In this document: positions 36,553-47,000 of the stretch, piece after piece | Layout of the letters: the number at the start of each line of letters is the position of its first letter | Position numbering within the stretch: position 1 is the stretch's first letter | Source of the DNA: a virus | Lineage: Duplodnaviria > Caudoviricetes | Direction: 5' to 3' (one strand) | Length of the DNA stretch: 61,626 bases | IMG/VR virus record: IMGVR_UViG_3300046167_000317 | Location: 1 to 61,626 of that record | Position numbers and translations under genes: made by a program | Notes under the pieces: generated by a model | Seen by the model: only the letters and a program-made list of their open reading frames with translations | Told to the model about the DNA's origin: nothing | Databases searched by the model: none

Positions 36553-38622
36553 ATGCCATCAATAAATAATTACACTTTTACTAATGTCCAGTTTACTATA
36601 CCAGAGGGTGATAACGTTTCAGCGTTATACCCCACGGCTGAAATAACAATTGTGCCAAATGAAGGTTATACAGCAGTTGCTACAGATTTTTTAATAGACC
36701 CTAGCTTTTCTGATAATGCTGTGCAAAATGTATTTTTCACTCAAATCGGATTAAATGTCCAATGCAATGTAATCTTTAATGCAAACTTTGTGATGCCATC
36801 AGGCAACTACACAATACCCTTATGTATTATAGGGCAATCAGAAGTAGCTTCAATTACTATAGGTGGAACATTTATTGCTAATATTGGGGCTAATATCTCA
36901 GGAGGTGTAAGCGAAAGCACACCTTATACAAATTCTGGAAACGCAGGAGAGGAGCAGCTGCTTTTTACTAGAAATTATAATGCTAACTCTGGCTATTATT
37001 TAGAGTCAACTGGGCTGCAGGTTGTTGTAGGTAATCAATCGCATTATTCAATAGGAACGACAACCAACTATGACCCAGACGGTAATTTAACAGGCTTAGG
37101 GTATACCGTTAATTACATATACCCTACTCAAAGTGTTGCTGACAATGTGTTAAGAATTAATCAACTTTCAGCAAAAGAAATATATACTAACCCCAGCCCT
37201 GTAGTTACTGGTTATGGCCCAATAAGGACTGTTATACCGGCTGGAGGTTCTGAAATTGTTAATTGGAAAATTATTGGTCAACCGGGAGCTGAGTTTTCTG
37301 TTGTAATGACAGATACCTCTGGTAATACTTGGAATTTAGTAACTAATGGGGTTATTAGAGAGTGCTGCGGAGATTATTATGTACAAATATCAATTCCTGA
37401 TATAATTGGCTCTTGCAATGGACCTTGCAGCGAAGAGTATACTATTACTTTATCGGGTGATTTAGCAAGCCCTTTTGAGCAAAATAATCCTATAGTTCTT
37501 TATCAAACCGGCTTTTCTCCAAGAATAGAATTTACAGGCACATCAACAAACGGTATAACTGGCTATACTCCTGTAATAACAGAGAGAAGCGCATATACTA
37601 GACTAGCGGGAGGATCTAATTTAATAACTATTGATTGGGATATATCAACACCTAATGGTTTATTGCAATACCCTAATACTGTAGATACAACTATTATCAC
37701 GAGCATGAATTCAGTATTACAGACTTATAATACTTCTGTAGTTACAAATAACACTTCTTTAGATTTAAACACTACCACTGGCCTTACTGTAGGAGATAAA
37801 TTTAATTTACCAACAACCGCTTTTGAAAAAACAGAGGATAGTGGCTTTGCTCCTTTCCAATACGAGGTAACTGCCATTAATTCTGCTACAAATATAACTA
37901 TTTCCCCGGCTATATCCATGATAGCAAACAACGAAATAGTATTTTGGAGAAATAATGGTAACGTATCTAATATTAATAATATATCATACACCCCTACTAC
38001 GGACTCTTCTGGTAAATTAACATTAACATTTGACGTTACCGGATACGGAAATACAGATTCAACTTTTATAGTTGATTTAGACACTATATTTAACTTTGTT
38101 CCAAATTTAGCCTGCGGATCAGCTGCTATTAGTGGAGGAGAAGGCGTAACAGACTATTCTTTAGGCTTAGATCCAGCGGGAGGGACTATAGCGTTCCTAG
38201 TTAATGGTCAAGGTTTGCCTGATAAGTTTGAAATATTCCACGGCTTACCTTTTGATAATGATAAAAAAGCAACCTCTGGTATGGTGGCATCTGAAAACTT
38301 TGGTCCATTTGAAAATGATTTTGGTACATCTCCATTAAATGCAATACCAACTTCGTCGCAGCTAAACGCAAATCAATTTATAGGCTCTAACAAAGGAACA
38401 ATTCCAAATAGGACTACAGAGTTTAACTCAGACACAGGGTTTACTATACCAAGCATGACTGTAGGTGGAACAACTTATCAACAGGTTGTTTGGTGGCAAT
38501 ATACAGCAGCCGATTATACTAGTAACCCAAATGCAACAATAAGAATAACAGGCCCTTCTGGAACAGGATGGGACATCCTAAGGCTATGCTGCCTAGACCC
38601 GTCTGATCCTAATTGTACTTAA
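36553..38622 (+). CDS. Tail-associated structural protein
   Basis: T/N/G-rich beta composition; C-terminal domain paralogous to 19145..19672. Confidence 0.65.
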   Translation: MPSINNYTFTNVQFTIPEGDNVSALYPTAEITIVPNEGYTAVATDFLIDPSFSDNAVQNVFFTQIGLNVQCNVIFNANFVMPSGNYTIPLCIIGQSEVASITIGGTFIANIGANISGGVSESTPYTNSGNAGEEQLLFTRNYNANSGYYLESTGLQVVVGNQSHYSIGTTTNYDPDGNLTGLGYTVNYIYPTQSVADNVLRINQLSAKEIYTNPSPVVTGYGPIRTVIPAGGSEIVNWKIIGQPGAEFSVVMTDTSGNTWNLVTNGVIRECCGDYYVQISIPDIIGSCNGPCSEEYTITLSGDLASPFEQNNPIVLYQTGFSPRIEFTGTSTNGITGYTPVITERSAYTRLAGGSNLITIDWDISTPNGLLQYPNTVDTTIITSMNSVLQTYNTSVVTNNTSLDLNTTTGLTVGDKFNLPTTAFEKTEDSGFAPFQYEVTAINSATNITISPAISMIANNEIVFWRNNGNVSNINNISYTPTTDSSGKLTLTFDVTGYGNTDSTFIVDLDTIFNFVPNLACGSAAISGGEGVTDYSLGLDPAGGTIAFLVNGQGLPDKFEIFHGLPFDNDKKATSGMVASENFGPFENDFGTSPLNAIPTSSQLNANQFIGSNKGTIPNRTTEFNSDTGFTIPSMTVGGTTYQQVVWWQYTAADYTSNPNATIRITGPSGTGWDILRLCCLDPSDPNCT

Positions 38623-38632
38623 AAATAAAAAT

Positions 38633-38971
38633 ATGGCAAATATAACTTTAACATTTTCAAACCCCTTACCCGAAGGAATTCAAGTAGGAGACATCGCTTG
38701 GTATTTAGACGTTGATGCTGAACCCGCTCCTGCGGAAATTGAAATGGGGCCAATACTTTCAATAACTAATAATCCAGTTTCTATAGTTGTAGACGCAGCA
38801 GTGGGAGTTCCTTCGCCTTCACAGAGTGATTTTATTTTCTACGCTGAAAATCCTATTGGATATTTAGGACAACTCAAAGGTTACTATGCTGAGGCTCAAT
38901 TTAGAAATAGCTCAACAAGTTATGCGGAGTTGTTTTCTGTAGGTTCAGAAATATTTGAGAGTAGCAAATAA
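38633..38971 (+). CDS. Tail protein
   Basis: IQVGDIAWY...LKGYYAE...ELFSVGSE...SSK. Confidence 0.6.
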   Translation: MANITLTFSNPLPEGIQVGDIAWYLDVDAEPAPAEIEMGPILSITNNPVSIVVDAAVGVPSPSQSDFIFYAENPIGYLGQLKGYYAEAQFRNSSTSYAELFSVGSEIFESSK

Positions 38972-39002
38972 CATGTAATAATAATATATAAAACTTAATA
39001 CA

Positions 39003-39632
39003 ATGGTAGGTCAAGTAGTCGGCGGATTAACTAGTATAGCTAGTGGTATAATCGGCAGTAGAAAAAGAAAAAGAGAGGCTAGAGCAGCGGCCGCAGAGTT
39101 AGCTAAGCGGAAAAGTCAATACGAAATGCTAGATACATCTAATGTGTATCAAAACATGCAAAATACCATGGAAGACTTAACGGTTAACCAGCAAGCTGCG
39201 CAATTTCAAGCAGAGCAGGAACAACAGGGGCTTTCTAATATAATGGGTCAAATGCAAGGAGCAGCTGGTGGATCTGGTATTGCGGCGTTAGCTCAATCAT
39301 TAGCAGGGCAACAATCTCAAAATTTAAGACGCGCATCAGCAGATATTGGTAGACAAGAACAAGCTAACCAAATGGCTGAAAGGCAACAAGCCGGGAACTT
39401 ACAGCTTTATGAAAGAAAGGGAGAATTAATATCAAGAGACGCGGAAAGAGATAAAGTATCAACCTTAATGGGTATGGCTCAACAAAGATCAGCAGCTGCA
39501 AATCAGGCAAGACAAGACGCTACAAATGCTATTGTTGGCGGAATAGGCGGTGTTGTAGGTGGAGCTGCGGGTATAATTGGCGGATTACCAAGTATGGCCG
39601 GTTCTCCTGTCGGTGATATATTAAATTCTTAA
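39003..39632 (+). CDS. Ejection/internal virion protein (G/A/Q-rich)
   Basis: Gly-rich hydrophobic ends and Q/A coiled coil; first of a small-medium-giant trio. Confidence 0.65.
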   Translation: MVGQVVGGLTSIASGIIGSRKRKREARAAAAELAKRKSQYEMLDTSNVYQNMQNTMEDLTVNQQAAQFQAEQEQQGLSNIMGQMQGAAGGSGIAALAQSLAGQQSQNLRRASADIGRQEQANQMAERQQAGNLQLYERKGELISRDAERDKVSTLMGMAQQRSAAANQARQDATNAIVGGIGGVVGGAAGIIGGLPSMAGSPVGDILNS

Positions 39633-39645
39633 TAAAATATAAATT

Positions 39646-41076
39646 ATGAATCAACAATTAGTAAAAGGAGCAGCTCAAGTAGCCGCTAGCAAAAGATCCA
39701 CATGGAACCAAGCTTTCCAAAAGAATCTTAATGCTTCATTGGCAGTAGCGGCTAAAAGATCTATGCAGCGCAAGGCTGAAAAAGCTAGAGCTAACGCAAA
39801 AACAGCTTCTTATATAAATAGCTTAAATTCAAATGTAGATACTACTAGCCTAACTGCTTCACAGCAAAGCGCTGTTTCAAATTATCTTACCGAGCAGAAA
39901 ATGACTTATGCTAATGCTGCAAAAAGAATAGCAAAACTAGAGCCTACTCACCCTGCATACATGCGTCTTAGAGACGAGATGAACGGAGTTCAAATGAACT
40001 TTACAAATTTAGCTAATTCGTTAAATCAATACAAAGAAGACAAGATTAATTATCTAAAAGACTTTGATAATAGTTTGTTATCTGCTGGTAATGAAACAGG
40101 CGCATTTGTTGAGGCTTCTAAAATATATACTGATGAAGGATTTATTGGTATTGGACAAGGAGGCTCCTTAAACTTTTACGATGAAAATAAAGGAGAATAT
40201 CGAAAATACAATGAAATAACTAAACCTTTTTTGAAAGACACTGCGGCAGGTAATTCTATACTACAAATGAACGAGCAAGTTTATAACTCAGGTAAAGAAT
40301 TAACAGGCACTAGACGTAATATGGTTCGGCAAAGATTAAATAATATGATAAGTGCCGGCGGCCGGGACACTTTATTGTCTTTAGCTTCTGATGATTTTGT
40401 TATTGAAGGAGGATTAGGATTGCAAGATCCTTCTTTGTTCGATAAAGAAAACGAAGCTCTATTAAAACAAGCCGTGCTAGATGGTTATATGAGTGTATTA
40501 GAAGACTCTGCAGCACAAGGAGCTATTGACAATAGACCCAAAGTTTCTGGAGGTGGGAGTGGAGATAGAGGTAGAAAAACCTTAGACGAAGAAATCCCAG
40601 TTGTTGAAGACGCATTTGAATTTTCGCAAGTGTATAGCACAAATGTTGAACCAGGATTAAGGGAGGATAAAACTTTATTACTAGTTCAAGAATTGAACGC
40701 AATAGACCCTACTAAATCAGGTAATTACATAAGTAGAGGTACGTTGTACGACATGTACCTTCGAGATTTTAAAGGAGATGACTACGAATTAGATGATGAC
40801 GAAGAAACTCGAGCTAACTTTATAAATGATTACGGAGACTCTCAGATTTACATATTCAATGAAGACGATCCAAGCCAGCCAATGCCAGTGCTAATAAATA
40901 CAGATAATCCCCAAGATCTTTACGAGTTTTATCTAAAAAATTCTAATCTTACCACCAAGGCTCAAAATTATCACATAGGACAATACGAAGGCTACATAGC
41001 AAATTCTGAAAAACCAAAAGAAAACAATACCACTTCTTCTACAGGAGGAGGAATAGATACTTCAAAATATAATTAA
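39646..41076 (+). CDS. Ejection/internal virion protein
   Basis: Position and helical composition. Confidence 0.55.
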   Translation: MNQQLVKGAAQVAASKRSTWNQAFQKNLNASLAVAAKRSMQRKAEKARANAKTASYINSLNSNVDTTSLTASQQSAVSNYLTEQKMTYANAAKRIAKLEPTHPAYMRLRDEMNGVQMNFTNLANSLNQYKEDKINYLKDFDNSLLSAGNETGAFVEASKIYTDEGFIGIGQGGSLNFYDENKGEYRKYNEITKPFLKDTAAGNSILQMNEQVYNSGKELTGTRRNMVRQRLNNMISAGGRDTLLSLASDDFVIEGGLGLQDPSLFDKENEALLKQAVLDGYMSVLEDSAAQGAIDNRPKVSGGGSGDRGRKTLDEEIPVVEDAFEFSQVYSTNVEPGLREDKTLLLVQELNAIDPTKSGNYISRGTLYDMYLRDFKGDDYELDDDEETRANFINDYGDSQIYIFNEDDPSQPMPVLINTDNPQDLYEFYLKNSNLTTKAQNYHIGQYEGYIANSEKPKENNTTSSTGGGIDTSKYN

Positions 41077-41078
41077 AT

Positions 41079-44000
41079 ATGAACGAACAAGCTTTACAAG
41101 ACTCGTTTAAGTTATTTCAATCACAAGGTTACTCAGGTGATATAAATGCTTATAAAGAATTAATATCAACTAATGATGAGGCATTTAACGATGCCTATTC
41201 ATTATTTAGCAATAGCGGATATAAAGGCGGCGAAGGTGCTTTTAAAGGCCTTATGGGTATTAATGTAGTGGGAAAGACAAACGACTCTGCGGTTGCGGAT
41301 CCAAATGCGGAGTCAAGCCAAGAAGGTACGGGATCCAAATCGGGAGATGGTTCATTGGAATCAGCTCAAGAGGATAAAGGTTTTTTAGCGGGATTAAAAA
41401 ATTACGGCGAAATTGGCAATAAAATATTTGAACTCACAGGAGGTCCTGCTGGTTTTATAGCTGGGACTGTAGTAGATGGAGGAAAAAAAGCTGTAAAATT
41501 TTTAAGTGGGGCAATAGACAATATACAGGAGCGCGTAGTGGATGAGCCTGTAGAGGTGCCAACAGATGCAAGTTCAGAATACCTTATGGGTAGAGGATTT
41601 GCTTCTAATCCAAGCGGGTTTTTTGAAAGCGCCTATGACGGAATACCAGGAGCTGCAAATACTACCATAAATTTGTTGTATGGTAACATGAAAGACATAG
41701 AGGAAGCTTCTGCTATAATAGGAGCGGGTCTTTATTTACAGGCTAAAAAAGGTGAACTTGGTTTGTCTAGCGAGGAAAGAATAGAGGTAGCTAACTCTGT
41801 AAAAGCTGCTATTAAAGTGAAAGACTCTATAATTGATAAAAAAAATAAAGAATTATTAGAATCTGTAGGAATGAGCGGCATATCTCCTTACATATATGCT
41901 TCTAGAGAAAACCTTCAAGAAATAGAAGATAAGTTGTTAAAAAACCAAAAGCAATATGACACTGCTATATCTGAAGAAATACTAAAAGGAACAGATGCTA
42001 ATTGGGCTGAAATCGGAGGAAGAACTTTAGGTGGTGCTTTAACAAGTGCTCCTTACAGTCTTATGTCTATGAATCCATACTCTGCTGCCTATATGGGTGT
42101 TGGTATTGCTGCAGATAAATTTGTAGAAGAAATTGATGAAAACCCTGATAGAGCATTTTGGAAACTATCAGGAGCAGCTGCAACTACAGGGGGAATTGAA
42201 ATGGCTGACGCTTGGGTTTCAAGAAGGTTACTAAGAGCCAAAGGTTTTTTACCTAAAGGCAAAGGAGCTGAAAAAGCAATTGAGCAAATGAATAGGGGTA
42301 TTGGCGGAAAGCTTAAAGATATTATTGGTATTGGAGCAAAAGAAGGTCTTACAGAAGTAGGGCAGGCTATTGGGACTAAAATAAGCGATTACCTTTGGCT
42401 AGACGAATTGCCAGGTCAAGATGAAGAAGGAAATGTAACTAAAAAAGGGTTGCTCAAAACAGCATATGAAATAGTAGACGAAGGTATAATCGGAGCATTT
42501 TCAGGCGGTGGTATGGCTTCTGTTGGAGCGGCAGTTCAAGGCAATGACGCTTTGAACGAAAGAGCTAAATTTTTACTTACGCCTGAGTATATAAAAGATG
42601 ATCGTAAAAAACTTTATGACGAATATATTGGTAGGGCAGCAAAGATAAAAGAGGCTAGAGACAGCGGCAACAACAGAAGAGCTGGTGCTTTACAGGACAT
42701 TAATGACAGGCTTGGAATAAAAATTAATAAATTAGACATAACTAGTTCTTTGGTTTTAGATAATCTTACTCAAGAAGAGCTTACTGAATATGCTAGAAAT
42801 GTAGATAAAATAAATGCCCTTCTTGACGGAAAAGTAGATAACGCATTACAAAATGACGTACAAACTTTACAAGATCAAAACAATGATATATTTGACAAAG
42901 CCTTAAAAAGAAATTTTGGCGAGAATATGTCGTTTGCTCAAGCAGCGGCCGCTCAAGTTGGACTAACTACTACTGTTGTTGACAATGCAGCAGATTTTAA
43001 TAAGTTAATAAAAGATCCAAAAACAGGAAAATTCATAACTAATAAAGACGGAGTTGCCGGGGCTTTTATTGGCGGAGGGCAGCTTATAATAAATAAAGAA
43101 ATTGCTTTACAACAAGGAGATGTTACTGTAGGTAGCCATGAAGTATTACACCCTATTTTAAACGCTATGATTGGTGATATAAACCAACAAATGCCTATTG
43201 TAGAGGAATTTAAAAAGCAATTAAACTCTAGAGAAAAAAAATGGGTTGAAAATGAGTTAAAGAGAAAAGGTAAGAAAAAAGGAACCGCGGAATACTACGG
43301 GGAATATTTAACCGTTTACTCAGAAGGCTTAGTAAATAACAATATAAACTTTGACAATACAACTTTTGAAAACTTAAAACAATTTTTTACAAGATTGTAC
43401 AAAGGCAAAGGATTTGATAATATAGATTTTAAAACAGGTAGAGGAGTTTATAACTTCATGTCGGCTTACGGTAAAAGTGTGCAAGAAGGCAAATTATCTG
43501 AAGACGTTTTAAGCGCTATAGACGCAAAAAAGGTAGCAACTGTAGAAGCCGTAGATGACACTCAGTTTTCAAAAACATTATCAGACGACGTTAAGGCTAC
43601 CTTATCAGATAACATAACAGAAATAAAAAATCTTGCAAAAGAAAACGCTGAAATAGCTGCTAAGTTTAATAAAGAGCCTATTAAAGGAGCTAAACAAATA
43701 AGATTAGAAAGAGAAGTTATTGAAGGGGTAAAGCCTTTGGTTGAAAAGATTGTTACAAATCGTACAAAAGCGTTGTATGACAAAATAGCAGATGATGCTA
43801 AAAGAGGCGTTACAAGAGAACAGTTTCAAGAATCAATGCGAGCTGATATTGAAACAATGATCCTTAATGAATACGACGCCACTAAGCAAGACCTTGAAAA
43901 GTTTACGGTAAGCAGAGCGTATTTAAGAGCTAACAATTTAGCTAAACGTTTAGGAATAGAATCGGTAGAAGAAGGCGGTATCAAGCAAGATATAGACACT

Positions 44001-47000
44001 GCTAAAGGCATTACAGAAGAAAAAACTACAACTACAAAACCTAAAGAACCTTCTGTAGAAAGAGGGCAAGCTACATTTGACGAGCTTGACATTGTTGATG
44101 ATGCTTTAATTGAAGATATTAAATCTGAGCTTGAAAAAGAAATAAGGACTAGGGTTCAAAAGGGTACATTAGCAGAAACTGTTTCTGTTAAAAAAGGTAG
44201 AGAAACTTATATTGTTTCTTGGCTAGAAAATTATGTTAACAAGCAGCTATTTAAAAAGCTTCTTAAGAAAGTAGGTGCAATTAAAGGAACATACCCCAAT
44301 ACTATAATACCTACCGCATACATTGACTTTTTACAAGACCCTAAAACTTTTGATATTATAACAAAAGCTTTACCTATTAAAAGTATAAAGAAAAGTTACG
44401 GTAAGCTATTTGAAATAGAGCGTATAGGCAGAGAGGTTACTGCAGAAGGTAATCCTGTATTTAGAATAAAGAAAATTAATAAGACTAAGTTTTTTAAATA
44501 TTTTGTTGAAGGAAAAAAATCAACTGTATTAGAAAGGCAAAAACAATTATTCAGAGAAATATTAACACCTATAGCAAAACAAGCAGTGGCTGATTATGCG
44601 ACCCCTGAAAATCTTGCAAATCTTAATGAAATAAAAAACTTAGCACCTGATGCTTCTTTGGATGTTCAAGCAGATATTATTTTGGAAGCACAATTAGAAA
44701 ATCTTGAAAGTCAATTAGATAGGTATAAAGGCGAAAAAACAGGTTTTGACATTATACAATTTTCTAAAACTGTTACCGCTGAGCAAAAACAAAAAATATC
44801 TAATGCTTTAAATCCTTTATTAGATACGCCTTCTAATAATGATTTTAAATATTCTGTTGTATTAGATATATTAAATGGATTAAATGATGTTAAAACATTT
44901 GAAGATTTAGCCGATTTAATTTGGAATGCAGGAAATACCACACTTAGTGTTACGTCGTTAAGAGAATATAGAGTTGAGCTATTGAGCTTATTAGCTAATA
45001 AGTTAAACTATACTGATACAGTTAAGTTTTTAATTAGTGCAATTAATAAATATCAAAAAGTTTATAAATATCAACAAAAAGTTATTGGCTATGATTATTC
45101 TTTAGCTAACTTTAAATCTGATTTTTCAACAGCAAACAATATTGAAGCAAAAGTTAAAGTTGTAGAGGAATTTTTAAAATACATCAGCAGGTCTATACGT
45201 ACTTTAAAAATTAACGATATTACTAAAAACTCTGATGTATATAACAAAATAATAAAACCAGTTCTTGGAGATCCTAAAAAGTACCGTATTACTTTAGAAA
45301 TAGACAAGCAAAAAAATAGATCTTATATATTAAAAAATAATATTAGATTACAAGGGCTAACTGATATTACAAGAATTAAATCAGATTTTAGCAAAAATGT
45401 TGCTGCTATAAATAAAGAAGCAGTTGAAGTGCGTGAATGGCTTTTAAATGAAGCTAAAAAAGCACAAACTAATAATGACGTAGATTCTTTTGTAGGTCAA
45501 CTTTCTTTAATGTCTGCAGACCAACGTGGTGTAATACGTAAAATGAACAACGCGGGGTTTGCTTTTAAAAACGTTAAAGTAGCCGATGCTATATTAGAGC
45601 ATGAGACTGAAGCTTTTGAAGTATTTAATGCCTGGAAAGATTTTGCTGAAGGTAAAATAACAGAAAATAAATTAAATAAATTTTTAGACGGAGCTAAAGT
45701 GAATCTTGTTCCAAAAAGTTTTGATAATTTACTTAAAAAAGTACAAAAAGAAAAAGGTTGGCGCGGCAAAGCTAGGTACTCTGATCCGCGGGTTAAAAAA
45801 TATATTGCAAAAGCAAAACAAAACGGAGATATAATACAGTTTTCTAAAACAAATAGAGATTTTGACACTTTTGGTATGGCTGATATTATTAGTCGACAAA
45901 TGTTTCCTAATGCTTTTGTAAATAAACCCAGTTATGCTCAGGGTTATGACTATTTAACCCCAAAACAACAAGACGCCGTTAAAGCTGAAATGAAAAATGC
46001 TAATCTTATTCAATTTAGCAAAACACTAAATAAAGCTAAAGCTATGGTCAACAGACCTGACGCCCCTGTTAAAGGTATTAGTGTTTGGGATTTTGACGAT
46101 ACATTAGCTACAACTAAAAGCAATGTATTGTACACAATGCCTGATGGCACCAAAGGAAAGATAGACGCTACTGAGTTTGCTTTAAATAGTGAAGCATTAG
46201 CGGCTCAGGGTGCTGAGTTTGATTTCAGCGAATTTAGCAAGGTTATGGAGGGCGCTAAAGGCCCTCTGTTCGATAAAGCCATTGCTCGTAATAAAAAATT
46301 CGGCAACGATAACGTATTTATTTTAACTGCCCGACCTGCGAATTCAAAATATGCTATACACGAATTTTTAAAAGGTATTGGCTTAGATATTAAATTAGAA
46401 AATATATTTGGACTAGGCGATGGCACAGCTATTGCTAAAGCTAAGTGGGTAATTGGGAAAGTAGCTGAAGGTTACAATGATTTTTACTTTGCAGATGACG
46501 CATATAAAAACGTACAAGCGGTACAAGAAGTTTTAGAGCAAGCGGATGTTAAGTCTAAAGTTCACCAAGCTAAAGTACAATTTTCTAAAAACTTAAACAA
46601 AGAGTTTAATAACATAATAGAAGATGTCACAGGTATTGAATCCTTTAAAACTTTTTCAGAAGCTAAAGGCAAAGTAAGAGGTCAAGGTAAAGGTAAGTTT
46701 AAATTCTTTATTCCGCCATCTGCAGATGATTTTGCAGGTTTATTATATAAGCTCACGGGTAAAGGTAAAACAGGTGAGGCACAGCAGGCTTGGTTTAAAG
46801 AGTCTCTGTTTGATCCGTTCGCTAAAGCTATGCGTGAATTCGAAAGCTATAAACAAAACGTGACAGGGATCGTTAATCAGCTTAAAAAAGATATTAAAAA
46901 CGTTCCTTCTGGATTGAAAAAAGTTAATGAAACCGGATTTACAAATGAAGTTGCCGTAAGAGTTTATTTATGGGCAAAGAATGGTTATGATATTAATGGC

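Noticed and set aside
38113-38622. Duplicated domain as a DGR template/variable repeat pair
   Set aside because: Similarity is at protein level with indels, not adenine-specific, and no reverse transcriptase is encoded.
46089-46106. DFDD as the DxDxD motif of a crAss-type virion RNA polymerase
   Set aside because: The sequence is DFDDT (DxDxT) and is followed by HAD motifs II-IV.
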